42,933 nt of DNA from Atractiella rhizophila (Eukaryota): contig MU271573.1 of assembly GCA_021432655.1 (NCBI GenBank), positions 1-42,933 of the forward strand, read 5' to 3'. Position 1 is the first letter of the stretch; every line of letters begins with the position of its first letter. The position numbers and the translations under genes were made by a program. Under the pieces are notes generated by a model. That model saw only the letters and a list, made by a program, of their open reading frames with translations. It had not been told where the DNA came from and did no database searches. Below, one piece after another: positions 29,204 to 40,999 of this stretch.

Positions 29204-31208
29204 CTAAACAACATCTGAAATATTCACCCTATCCCAATCTCAATGTTATTGCACTGGGATCTAGCAGAGGGGAGGGCTTACGGCATCTCATCGATCTGAG
29301 TAGCGTAATATTGCTCAATGTCCCTCAAAATCTTCACGTCATCCAAGGTGACAAACTAGTCCATTCTGTCAATACATGCAAAGCCCGTGAGTTGAAAGAC
29401 CAACGTTTATAGCAACTCCTTTTCGTCCAAAACGTCCAGAACGACCGATACGATGAATATAAGCTTCACGGTTGTTGGGCAGGTCATAGTTGATGACCAG
29501 CGACACTTGCTGGACATCGAGGCCCCTCGACCTAATCAGTCCCAACGAACCTTAGCTCCACTCTACGAAATGTTTGACGACAAACACGCACCAAACGTCG
29601 GTGGAGATGAGCACCCTCGAGTTACCCTGCCTGAACTCTCCCATGATAGCATCCCTCTCCGGCTGGGGCATGTCACCATGCATCGAAGCGACGGTGAAGT
29701 TGGCATCTCGCATCTTCTCGGCAAGCCAGTCGACCTTCTTCCGCGTGTTGCAGAAAATAACAGCTTGAGTAATCGTCAATGTGTCGTACAGATCGCAGAG
29801 CGTGTCAAATTTCCATTCCTCTTTGTCCACGGCTAGAACCAGCGAAGATCATAAACGTTGGTGTCAAAAGAGATGACGCACGTACCAACGAAGAATTGTT
29901 TAATTCCCTCCAGCGTCAACTCATCACGCTTCACCAATATCCTTATCGGGTCGGTCATGAACTTGTTCGTCATCTCCAGCACATCGTAGGGAAGAGTAGC
30001 CGATAGAATAACGACCTGAGTTTGCGGAGGGAGATACCTGTGGACATTTGTCACTTTCAACACTTCCCAAGGGCATCAGAACGAACCTATAGACGTCGTA
30101 CACCTGGTCCTTGAATCCTCGATTCAAGAGCTCGTCCGCCTCATCCAGTACAAGCATCTTGATATTCCTCGTTCGAAGATGTCGGCGTTTGATCATGTCG
30201 AAGACGCGGCCAGGGGTGCCAGAGACGACATGTTGCCCGTAGTCCAATTTGCGGATATCCTCGCCGATGGACGTGCCGCCGATGCAAGCATGGCATTGGA
30301 CATTCTGGAGAGAAATACAGTCAGTTTCATTAAGCAATTGGCGCAGCTTCGCGGCAGGAATACAACTTGTAAAAGAACAAGGTGATTGGAAGGCGGAAAC
30401 AGGGGGCGTTTATACTATCTTCACGTATCTGACCTAATACTGTTGAAGCCACCATCAGCTGTGAAGAGCAAGTAAATTGCTGCGTTTAGATGGCGGTGAT
30501 ACAACAACATTTCTTCAGGAGAAGCCAACAGGAATGAGATGCGGTTGTTCTACCGTTCAAGCAATGACAACTGATGCAGAAATAACAATTTGTTCGCCTT
30601 CTTTTCATGTGTCCAGAGCCTTCGTTTGAAAAATTAAGAACTAGAAAGGGACCGTACGCCCACATTTGTTCATGTCAATTGTCCAGCATGGGATACTTCG
30701 TTGGAGAAAAGGGAAAGGGGTTTCCATCTGAGCATCTGAGCATCAAAATTCGCCCATGAAAAGAAAGCTATTGGAGAAGCGGAAGAGCAAGAGAAGCGAA
30801 CTCATTCGCAGGAGTAGATTGTTTGAGAAATGGCCACCCTACATGGAAAGAGAGACGCACCATATAATCACCCAAAGCAAGCACTACACTCTGAATCTGG
30901 GTAGCCAGTTCCCTCGTGGGACTGAGCACCAGAGCTTGAGTCTCCCTGAGCTGGGTGTCTATGCTCTGCAAAATGCTAATGCTGAAAGTGGCAGTCTTTC
31001 CCGTCCCGCTCTGAGCCTGTGCGATGACATCGCGTCCCTTGGTGATGGGCAGGATGGCACGCTGTTGGATAGCTGAAGGCTTCTCGAAGTTGTATGCGTA
31101 TATGCCTCTGAGCAGGTCGTCCTTCAATCCGAGCGAGTCGAAGGTGGGCGCAATCGTCACTGACTCGGAGGTCTCGAACTGGAGGCGTGCGTCGGTGCTG
31201 GGATCCAT
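29204..31208 (-). CDS. FAL1: ATP-dependent DEAD-box RNA helicase eIF4A-III (Fal1; exon junction complex core)
   Basis: [143 protein letters not shown]. The [16 protein letters not shown] and YRYLPP segments favour eIF4A-III over eIF4A-I. Confidence 0.95.
30305..30860 (-). other. Unusually long (556 nt) first intron of FAL1
   Basis: GTGCGT donor after ...GDYM and TCTCCAG acceptor before NVQCH. About ten times longer than neighbouring introns. Confidence 0.85.
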
Positions 31209-32375
31209 CGTACTCGACAACTTGGAGGTTGCTGAAAAGTTAACCACGGTGGCCAAGGGGCTCAACCTTGCTTCAGGGGTCTGTTTCTTCCAGACAGCAC
31301 CTGCTTCATAGCTTCGTCCTGTACAAAGGCCCTTGTGAGTGCATTCTCATGACCGTGAAATCTGCTTTATCGAGATCCTTATTTTTACATCACTTACTTT
31401 TTTTCCATAGCACGGCCACTCCATCACACCCGTGAACTGCCTCAACCACATCTATCCTTGCGGGAGAGGGCCATCCAAGCCGCATCATATTCCGTTTACG
31501 TGGACATATTGAAATTCTCACCGTCCTGAGGAAGCCCGAACAGTTGCTCACACCGGATGCCTGTAGTACACGACTTTGCCGAAGAATACGATCGAGGGCT
31601 CCTTCGTAATCTTGGAGGAATCCGAATACTTCTACGACTTAAACCGGACGTCCCAATTACCCTTCGAGCATAGACGCCGCCTGAGAACGTAACATTAGGT
31701 GGAGGGTCTGCCTCCCACTCCGAGGGAGAGCGCCGCCGGACCAACGTGCGACATCGAATATGTTAAAATTCTATGCCACCTCCAACGACTTCTTCATGGA
31801 TTCTGACAAAGCTCTCCTCTTGCTGGCGGACGTGTAGCCGATTCGGTCCACCGCTTACTCTGCATTGCACGAAGCTAGTTTGGTACGAAGTGGAAACGTG
31901 ATTCGTATACCTTCAGCAGGAAAGACACAACAACAAAAGTAAATCCTGGGGAATCGATGACGCATCGATGGCTTTTCGATGGGAGCCGAGCCGACATTCA
32001 CATTTGTCCTGCAGCACTCCTACCGCCCCTCTCCCTTCCTCTCTTGCATCGACATGCCAATCACTCGTGCTCATTTAGTGGCAGTATACCAGTTGTAGAC
32101 GCGGACACGGTGCTCAGTCTGCGCAACCTCCTCATCATGCTTTGTACAAAGTAATTCCATGTATCTTCCTCGCTCCTGGATGTTGGGATGTTGGATTGGT
32201 CAACATAGCATTGGACTTGCTTGTAAGTGCGCGGTCAACTCTCTGTTACATTCGACTTATGTAGTTCAAAAATGAGCCTTTTCGCTCAAAGTACAGAACT
32301 TCTTCATATACCATTTCTACTGCACTTGGTTCTTGGAGCTCAAATGAGTACATTCTCCCTGTTCTCCCATCTGTT

Positions 32376-34118
32376 TCAAAAGGTTTCAAATGTAAAGGAA
32401 TGCCATCCATCTGCTCCTTGCTTCTTTGCCGCCTTCTCGGCATCGCCATCATCCCATTGCCCATAGAATATCTGGAGGTGAAATTGCGATGATTCTTTTG
32501 AATTTAAAGCATCAAGAAAGTTTACAAATCCGTCAAAAGCCACAGAATGACACCATTTTATGCAGAGTTCACTCACTTTGGACAGTTGGACTTGATGAAA
32601 GAAGTTAGATGAGAGAACATTGCTGTGTTCGTGACCGCCATCAATGTCCAGCGAAGTCAGATTTGGGAAGTTAGAAAGCATCAATGGTTCCTCCAAACGA
32701 AAGGTCCTGAATTGTAGTCTGTCAAACCAAGCGACAGGGAAAAACCTCAGAGTAAGCTGCTCTAGACGTGGCCAATATTCTTGATATCGGAATGTGAAGG
32801 GAAAGCAGCTGATGAGATGCAAACCCGTTAGGTTTGGTAATCGGTCCAAGGTCTCACAAAAAATGGGGGCTTGAAACACATCGATGAGCGTTATGCTTGC
32901 CAACCTCAAGAATTCTGCCCAATCAAACTTCAAAATGTTCGTCAACTGAAGTTGGAACGGTGGATTGAGTGTACGGGGTCCTTCCTCTCCTCGTTCTGTC
33001 ACCTGAAAATGTTCTAGAGTTTGCCGAGATCGAGTACGTTGCAGAAATTCAAAAGCAGATCGCATAGTCCATAGGTGAAGCTTCAGAAATCTGATGTGGT
33101 CAAAACTGACTAAGGACAACATACTTTTTACTTCCTCCTTCAAAGGCGGAGCTAAAAGTCTGATATATAAAATCTTGGGCTGAAAAGTCGTGACTTTTTG
33201 TAACAGGTGCAACAAACTCAGGCTTTGAGCTTGATCCTTGAAACTGTAGTCGAGACGAAACCATCTCCACCGGATGATTGCAGATTGTTCCAAACTTTCC
33301 AATTTTTGAAACGCGTGAACAGGCTCCGCTTCAAAAGTCTCAAATTGTTTACGCCACCTTTTGCAAACCCATTCACAGCAATTGTTGACAACTTGAAAAT
33401 GGTAAAATGGATCTTGAAGCGCCTGCCGACATGCACCGACAACCTCTGCCAGAATTAAGTCAAGTGTTTCCAATGGTAAATCTGAGATAGGGGAACTGTA
33501 GATTGGTAGAGGTATCGCAAGCCAAAAGATGAGTGAACATTTCGGTGCCGTTTTCCACATATTGGACGGTAAAGCAAGATCCTCAGGGTGTATTGTCATA
33601 GTGACGAGTCCCGATTCAGTATTTATAACAGTGGTCAAGCTCATGAATGATGTGTGATAGTCATCAGAGCTATCGGTAGTAACAACCTTCAAAATCTGAC
33701 GATGTTGCGCAGAGAAATAAATATGGAGCGTTTTGTGAGCAGGGTCGTCGGAAATAACGGGTGCAGGAAGAGATAGAACCTGAGCACCTTCGTCGTAAGT
33801 GAGTTCAATGTGAATGGGGTTTTCGCTTTCATCGGACTCGTTGACGTCATCTTCAATCGCCAACCTGATAAAATGCAAGCAAACTTCCTCGACCGCCGTT
33901 GCCTCGATAAATGAGCTAGTCCAGCTCAAATAGACAGCGTAATGCGGGTCTTCATCACAGGCGGTTTCCTCACGAGCAAGGTGGTAAAAGTGAATAATTG
34001 GTTCTTGTTTCGTCACTGCTGAAATGGTCAGATAATGGTCCATGGAAAGGGCAAGGTTGCCACCTAGTGCAGCAATTTCCTTATCTCCTCTGCACTTACT
34101 TCCGTCTCTGCTTTTCAT
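32376..34118 (-). CDS. Intronless F-box-like / LRR-like protein (580-aa ORF; true start possibly M at 34043)
   Basis: Internal ISDLPLETLDLILAEV...EWVCKRWR resembles an F-box. It is followed by LxxLxL segments (LPNLTGLHL, WPRLEQLTL, FPNLTSLDI). Confidence 0.55.
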   Translation of the reverse strand: MKSRDGSKCRGDKEIAALGGNLALSMDHYLTISAVTKQEPIIHFYHLAREETACDEDPHYAVYLSWTSSFIEATAVEEVCLHFIRLAIEDDVNESDESENPIHIELTYDEGAQVLSLPAPVISDDPAHKTLHIYFSAQHRQILKVVTTDSSDDYHTSFMSLTTVINTESGLVTMTIHPEDLALPSNMWKTAPKCSLIFWLAIPLPIYSSPISDLPLETLDLILAEVVGACRQALQDPFYHFQVVNNCCEWVCKRWRKQFETFEAEPVHAFQKLESLEQSAIIRWRWFRLDYSFKDQAQSLSLLHLLQKVTTFQPKILYIRLLAPPLKEEVKSMLSLVSFDHIRFLKLHLWTMRSAFEFLQRTRSRQTLEHFQVTERGEEGPRTLNPPFQLQLTNILKFDWAEFLRLASITLIDVFQAPIFCETLDRLPNLTGLHLISCFPFTFRYQEYWPRLEQLTLRFFPVAWFDRLQFRTFRLEEPLMLSNFPNLTSLDIDGGHEHSNVLSSNFFHQVQLSKVSELCIKWCHSVAFDGFVNFLDALNSKESSQFHLQIFYGQWDDGDAEKAAKKQGADGWHSFTFETF

Positions 34119-34348
34119 CGTCGTTGCGCAGCTCGATTCCTCAGCTCTGTTTTAGTTTGACATGCTCTCCGTACGGACCGTAACCTGAGATGCTGCTTTG
34201 GCATTTTCTTGAGTGAAAAAGTGTCGTCAGCTGCGAGATACCTGTCGATTTGTCTCTGTTGAGGTGTATTCACCACCTTGCAGGCCGGGCCTGGTGTCTC
34301 TGTAAAGGGTGAGAATGAGACAGAGTACTTTCTGGCCGGTGTTGTCAC
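34064..34348 (-). pseudogene. Possible decayed ORF with a bZIP-like basic motif
   Basis: Reads ...KTELRNRAAQRR*KAETEVSAEEIRKLLH*. NRAAQRR matches the Yap/AP-1 basic region but is interrupted by TGA (34115) and TAG (34064). Confidence 0.3.
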
Positions 34349-35207
34349 TTCATTTTCTGCTCTTCTTTGACGAGGTACCCGTCCAGGAGATGCTCGCCCT
34401 GTTTGGAGATGGTGTTGAACTAGGAGATCTCCAGTCGTTGCTTAGCTGGAGCTATGAACTCGGGAGTGTTAAGGCAAGAGCTGAATGAAGGAGAGTTGAT
34501 GAAGATGGTCAGGATTCCGCCGATGTGGTTGGATGTGAACGGACGAGATTAATACGAGAATGGTAAAGAAACTGGAAAGTGTCAGTCAGTGGGGTTTCAT
34601 CGTAGAAGACAGTCAAGTTTTCTAGGTTACTAGAGTTCCCTCACGATGAGAGAGTGCTTAGAGACTCTGGCCCCTTGACGATTCACAGCTTGACCTTCGT
34701 CGAATACCTTAGAAAACATGAGAGATTAAGCGTATCTCATTATTATTGTAATAACCTCCCTTTTATCGAAGGTTTAGCTGTCACAACTACAAGTAGGCGG
34801 GCAGGGCAAGCAATTTAGGCAATTAAGGTGCCCTATATCACATCCCATAAGTTACAAAAACGGATCTAAAGTCTTAAAGATGATCCCCGACCGTGGATGG
34901 AGGGTATTGTGCAATTATTGATATTATGAACAGCCGCATATAGATACAGTACCACGAATCAATTGAATACTCGTAATAGGGTGAATGCGATTGAAGCAAA
35001 CGGTCTTAACCAAGATCATATAAATGTCTAAAGACACGAATAGGTCCAAAGATCTCAATCCAACTCAGATATCGAGATTGTGGCTCGTACTTTCCCCAAG
35101 GTACAACACACAAGAAACGAGCTGTAGGCCATTTGAGAACGCGTAGATGAGGCCGTCCAACGGTATAAGTGACAACGCCCTTCTCAGTCAGTTGTGTTTA
35201 TAAGTCA

Positions 35208-36933
35208 TCATGGCCTGTTGCATCCTCCAGGGAGGAGAAACTTAAAACGTTCGGGATCCTCGATGAGCAATCGTGGTACATTCACTGCTCCTCTCCAGCT
35301 ATTTGCCCAGTCAGAGGGTCAGTCTCTTGTAAAAGCTAAACAGAGAAAGACTTGGAATAGGGTAAACGAACGGTCTCATATCCATTTGTCCCCATAGATC
35401 ACTCCAGGTGTATGCTTCAGGAAGCATGTCGAAAACGTCCCTCCCCTTGCACAAGCTCTCTCTTATCCATTCATCCGTCAACAAATCCTGCCTTCCTCCT
35501 ACTCTATCCGCATGACTGTAACCCGTCATCTTCTGCCTCACTTCCTCAATCGTGCGAAAACAGAATGAGCAATGCCAACCGCTATCTTCGAGAACCAGCT
35601 CAGTGCGCTTTCCATGTCCATAATACGTGTTATCTTCGAACACATTTACGCTCGCGCGCCAAGAGTTGACTGTGGGAGGGAGTGGGAATTCAAAGGAGTA
35701 GAGAAACTGGCAGAGAGAGAGGTGGATCGTTGGTCCGAAGTCACACTTTCGAAGAAGGGAGAGTGTGTGGGCGTACGGTATCTCGTCAACGTCGGACATG
35801 AGGACGAGAACTGTCGCTCCTTCATCCGCGTGAGAAGAGAGGTATTGACGAATCGTACGTGTCATCGTCCGTCGATGAGCGATTTCGATGTCGAAGGGAT
35901 CATAACCCGGTTCAAGTGGTTGACCAGGCAAGCTGCTCCAATAGCAAAAGTAAGCATGAAGAAGGAAAGCATACGCGCTGATCAAGGAGTGGTATTCAAA
36001 CGAGCAGCGCGTCTCGACCGCCATGAGCATTTTTGGAAGACCATGGGATAATTCAGCGGACGCGAATGTACGCGTAAATGGTGATTGTGGTATTCTTGCA
36101 CCTGTAATCGTGCTTTATATTAACAGGTGAGCAATGTCACCGTCGACCGTATCGATGTATTACATACGCCGCTGGAGCTTTGTCATCGAAATGTCGCGAC
36201 GCTCAGTGTCAACGGAGGCGGCTTCACACTCATGATCGAGCAGTTCATTGCACTGCAAGTCGATTAAGGACATAGATTTCCGAGTCCATCGATGCCTAGA
36301 CAACAAGCCTGTTTTTCTGCGGAATACAAATAAGACTAACAGCGAAGCAGGATGTACAATGCCTCCTGCTACATGAAAGAGCATGAAAGAGCCCAATAAA
36401 GTAGTGTAGTAGAAATACTGAGCTACTGATTTCGAGCCCACTTCCTCCATTCTTCAAATTTACGAGAAGACGTACAATTCGTACTGGATTCTGTTCCTCC
36501 ATCTCCCAAACTTGCCCTCTCCTCCGGCCATAAGAGCGTCGCGAAAAGGTGTGCCCTTTTCCTTGCCGGTGAAAGTCCCATTGCTCTCCACAACGACCCA
36601 TACGTCGACCACATCCTCCAATTCCCTCATTCGAACCTGCATCAGTTCGACTTCACTACTGATTAGCGTAGCATCCACAACCATGGCTTCTTTATCCCTC
36701 ATCTTCCATCCATGCAACGCACACCACTCAGCCGTACCCACTTCTGCGGGCTGGGCGTAGAAATGGTGAATGGGCTGCGAAGGGGCGGGTGAGGAGTCCC
36801 AGAGCGGACGCGTGACATAGGAAAGGGTATTGTGTATGCGATGGAGTATGGAATACGGGTTAGGGAGCAGGACTGCGATCAGACAGAGGGTTAAGACAAG
36901 CAAGAGAGCAAACAGGCGCCTGCGCATCGTCAT
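35208..36933 (-). CDS. Glycosyltransferase family 17 (beta-1,4-N-acetylglucosaminyltransferase/MGAT3-like), type II membrane protein
   Basis: N-terminal signal anchor, LSYVTRPLWD, WCALHGW, ELMQVRMREL..VVDVWVVVESNGTFTG.EK, LMSDVDEIP, FLYSFEF, SGWHCSFCFR, KMTGYSHADR, DVFDMLPEAY, terminal RFKFLLPGGCNRP*. Confidence 0.9.
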
Positions 36934-39385
36934 CTTGAAATATGAGTGATTGTTGTTGACTTTTGACTTTTGCTGTGATCAAAGCGGACAACAGAGGAAC
37001 CAAGCCGGCGAGCACTTAGGGTTACCATCGTTGCAGACAATACCGACTGACCGACTATGGTCGGAGGATGTACTGTGCAGTATTCGCTGTTACAATATAT
37101 AAATGCTCAAGTAGCCAGCCCCGGGAAACAATAAGGATCAGCGATCTTAAGGAAGTTGCATTGTATTGATATCTCTTCACGCGGTGTACGGTGGCCAGGA
37201 TATACGGAAATACTATTACCACAATCATTGAGAGAGAAAGTTGGTAGACGTTCACGGTCTGCTCCACTGGAAATTTCTTGATATTCTGTATTTTTGGTCG
37301 GCTTCTACGCAGGGAATCTACAGCAGAAGAAATTGAAAACGGGACGAAATTTACAAAGTCACGTGCTGCAACTGCCGACCCTCTACCATAGCTCACATGG
37401 CTGTTATTGTAATCATTGATTAGAATCAACAGATTTGTCATGCCACAGTTATTGATCAGTCAATTCATCAACAGCAGCAACAGTGTCCTATTGAAGACTT
37501 CGACTCGGAAGCTGAGAAACCACTAAGTTTAAAGCCCGAGTCATAGTTGGAGCCGGGACAATGCAAAGAGGCAAAGAGTATAACAAAGAGTATAACCTGG
37601 CAAGGTCTACTGAAATTTGCCGAAGTAGGAATAACAATGCAACTTTTCATCCTTGATGTTGTCTTGAATCTGAGCCCGCGGGTTCAGCAATTTATCTTCC
37701 ACGCTCTACCATATATCCAATTACAGAACGTTCAGTTTATCCTCCAGAGTTGCCCTGAGCAAACGCGAGAAAAATTTCAAGTATTACAACATATTGTTGG
37801 CACACAGAATGATGATGTGTGCATGATGATGACTCGGGTCGGAAACAATGTCAACGCGTGCTTTCTTTCTCCTTTCAGACAATTTCAGGTGTTCATAAAC
37901 CCTTCTCTGAACGAATGCTCCACTGTTCACACGTACAAAACCACGGTCCACAACTCAATGCTACTAACTTTCAACATCAACTTTTCCAAATCACCCAATG
38001 ACAATCCTCCTACTAATGAACAGAGAGCCGTTGTTCGTGGAGCATTTTGGTGAGAGAGAAAGGACATGGATGAGAAAGCGGAGGATGTCTAAATAAAGAG
38101 GTGAGCAGCCCGAGGAAAGAAAGTCCCGCAGCATTCTGTCACGTACCTTCTATAATGGCACGCAGCTGGGATCCAAGGTACTGGACATGATTTAGTTTAA
38201 TAATACGCAATGCACAAGGACGGACTAAAGTAAAATTGATCTCGTTGGTTGTTTTTGGAGAGAGCTGAGAGAGTAGTTGTCACCCTTGTGACACTTAGAA
38301 AGATTGAAGCTGAGATAAATATTCGTACTCGTTCTTCATCGCCTTTCGTTTCACAAATACAGCTACACCATCGCGCGCCACTGTATTTGTGAAGGTTTTT
38401 TGAGCCATCAATATACGTTGCATAAGTCGTAACATCAGAGCATGTCGCAAAGAAGCACTGGTTGTAAACTGTCTCCTTGTACATGTAATCACAACATACA
38501 TTGGCGCGAAGAGAAACAAAATGGATGAAAGAGCGCGCACAGGTGATAAAATAAGGCGGCCAGGTCCGTAGTAGGTCGAGGTCGAGGAAGTCCACTAGAG
38601 ACGGAGTCTCGAGCTACGGTCCATCTTATGGATATACGAGAGAGGACGCGACAGCGGATGGTGGTGAAATCTGCAAAGAGAGGCACCTGTAATAAGTACT
38701 GGAAGGATCTTGTTCTTTGACTCTGGTGTTGGAGGTGTTGAGACGGTTCTGGAAGGCGCCAACCGGCGCTGCTAGCAGCACTCGCTCCATTCTCCTAAGA
38801 CGCAAAGTGGCAACCAATGCTTTTGCTTTCTTCAGGCTTCTTCACCAGCTCAATGTTGAGATTGGTTTAACAGCGAGGCTTGTTATCAATATAGCTTACT
38901 ATAGCTCATTGAATTCGACAAATGATTGCATCAATCTCACCTTCCTCTACCAAGGCGAGCCGTGGTGAAATGGGTGCTGATACCCCTCCCCTTGAAGGAG
39001 ACTTTCGCAAATGGGTACGAAAAATTAGGCAAAAGGTTATCTCAGCATTCCCACGAAGGTGACGTTAGATAATTCGTTACCAGCTTCTCGCTTCTCTCCT
39101 CATATATAGCTTAAGCGGCTTCTCGTGGTGGCCATCAAAACTGTATATATGCTGCGTGTTGCAAACTTTGGAAAAGCCCGCATTCCTGACGCTGTACTAT
39201 CATTAATGTATAATTAGGCATATACAGGGATTCAATATCAGTTGTCAATAAATGGTCAGTGCGAGGGAAAGATGCAGATGCAGCTGGCCAGAACGTTAGT
39301 CCTTCTCGCTTGTGTATCCCCCATTGTCCTTGTAACCTTCAAGATATATGCTCTAAGAAAACGGCGTTCAGAACTGATATACGAC

Positions 39386-39726
39386 ATGTACAGTAATACC
39401 TATTACGGACATCATCGTGCGACTATTGTAAACGAATTTGCCCACACAAACGTTACTTAAATGGACCTTATGGATATATGGATAGATCCATTCCATGCAT
39501 TTCGGGGCGACGTAGAGAGAAGATATGCAAGGTTGTTGAAGAAGTTAGTCGACATCAACGACGTGTTTCTGAAAAATGGCGGGCACGGAGCATGATCATC
39601 ATGAAGTATGTCAGTGACTTGTTTCTTTCCTGGTAATAGACTGCTTGGATTACACAGAAGCTTTCCGAAGCTTTCCCTGTTTGATTCGCCGAGTAATCAA
39701 CGATCATTAGGCATAACCGAAAGTGA
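39386..39726 (+). pseudogene. Possible decayed coding relic of unknown family
   Basis: A protein-like frame (MYSNTYYGHHRATIVNEFAHTNVT*MDLMDIWIDPFHAFRGDVERRYARLLKKLVDINDVFLKNGGHGA*) with a GTATGT...AATAG intron-like segment and several scattered stops. Confidence 0.25.
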
Positions 39727-39852
39727 TGTCATCCAACTTCATCTCTTCGATATAAGAACGCTCCGGCTTCTCTTTCAAACGAACGAACGATCTCGCTCTG
39801 GCTTGATCACAGTTATACAATATATCACAAATCGACGCTACAAACCACTGGC

Positions 39853-40692
39853 ATGACCTCCACCACCAAACAAGTCTGGCCCACCGAGTCCCCCAAAGCT
39901 CCCCCAACGGAAAAGCAAAAGGGCTTTGCTGAACAGTTGGTGAAATCTCGAGCAGTAAGAGAGGAGGAACTTGACTCAGTGAAAACGAAGGGGGAAATGT
40001 CGGAGTTCATCGCTCATGTGCGTTTTCACTCCATTTTCCTCTGCACAAACTGAGTTGGTGCATAGGCTGTTTCGGATGCGAAACATACAGGACAAACGGG
40101 GTTCGATCCTATCAAAGCTCCTTCTCAAGAACAGAGGGACGGGCCGGCGACCCAAGCGCAATTGAATTTTGCGTCTCGGTAAGTCACTCTGAGACTATTT
40201 TCCCAGGATGCTCTCTGACTTGTGGAATGATTGCTGGCAGACTTGGGAAATCGACCTTTGTTGACTCCGCGTTGCTCGATAGTGGAGCTCTCAAAACCAA
40301 AGGAGCAGTCTCAGACTTCATCCAAGATTCCCAACGCGCCATCGCTCATGCTGCAGATGGTCCAGTGAATCCTGTAAAGACTGTGAAACCAGGACAGGCG
40401 GAAGATGATCCTCCTACCAAGAAGCAGTTGGAGTTTGCTCAACGGTGCGCCTCCCAGTATTTTCAAGGAGAACAATTCACGTGGAATGTGTAGACTTGTG
40501 GGTCATCCCGCGGTAGATAAGAGCAGATTGGAGGACGTGAAGACGAAAGGGGAGGCAAGCGAGTTTTTGAGCCAGGCTCAGAGGGTATGTCTTGTTACTT
40601 ATAGCGCTTCGAGTTTCTCGTTGCTTGATTGGATGTGATGTGATTACTGATTCTTCATACAGGTCGTCGCTGGTCAGGCTCCTCACAACTAA
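39853..40692 (+). CDS. Small protein of three ~40-aa repeats (PPTxKQxxFAxxL...KTKGExSxFI), 5 exons, unknown function
   Basis: Four GT-AG introns join cleanly. Repeats: PPTEKQKGFAEQLVKSRAVREEELDSVKTKGEMSEFIAH / PATQAQLNFASRLGKSTFVDSALLDSGALKTKGAVSDFIQD / PPTKKQLEFAQRLVGHPAVDKSRLEDVKTKGEASEFLSQ. Ends VVAGQAPHN*. Confidence 0.85.
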
Positions 40693-40999
40693 TACCTCCA
40701 AAAAATAGAATAAATCGCACTCTCGGCATCCGTCTGTATCATCAAAGCTGTTCATAGCCGTCAATGTTCATACTTGTCCGATTTCCGCCCCAAAATTCCG
40801 CTCACTCCGCACCTAAGCAACGTCGGGGCGGGTGGCCAATATTTAGATCATCAAGACATTGATAAATAAATGGTGTTCCACTATCAACACGTCAACTACA
40901 GTCGTCAAGACGACAGGAGGGTCCGACAAATACAAATATTTCAGTTCCAATTTGAGTATCAAACTCCATGCTTTCACTTCAGACCAACTGCAATACATC

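Noticed and set aside
30305..30860. Specific snoRNA call in the FAL1 intron
   Set aside because: No clear C/D box pair with a terminal stem or H/ACA architecture could be identified by eye. Kept only as a hypothesis.
37055..38970. Cys-rich and hydrophobic ORFs suggesting a CFEM or membrane protein
   Set aside because: Cysteine spacing does not fit CFEM and no coherent spliced model emerged on either strand. Left unannotated.
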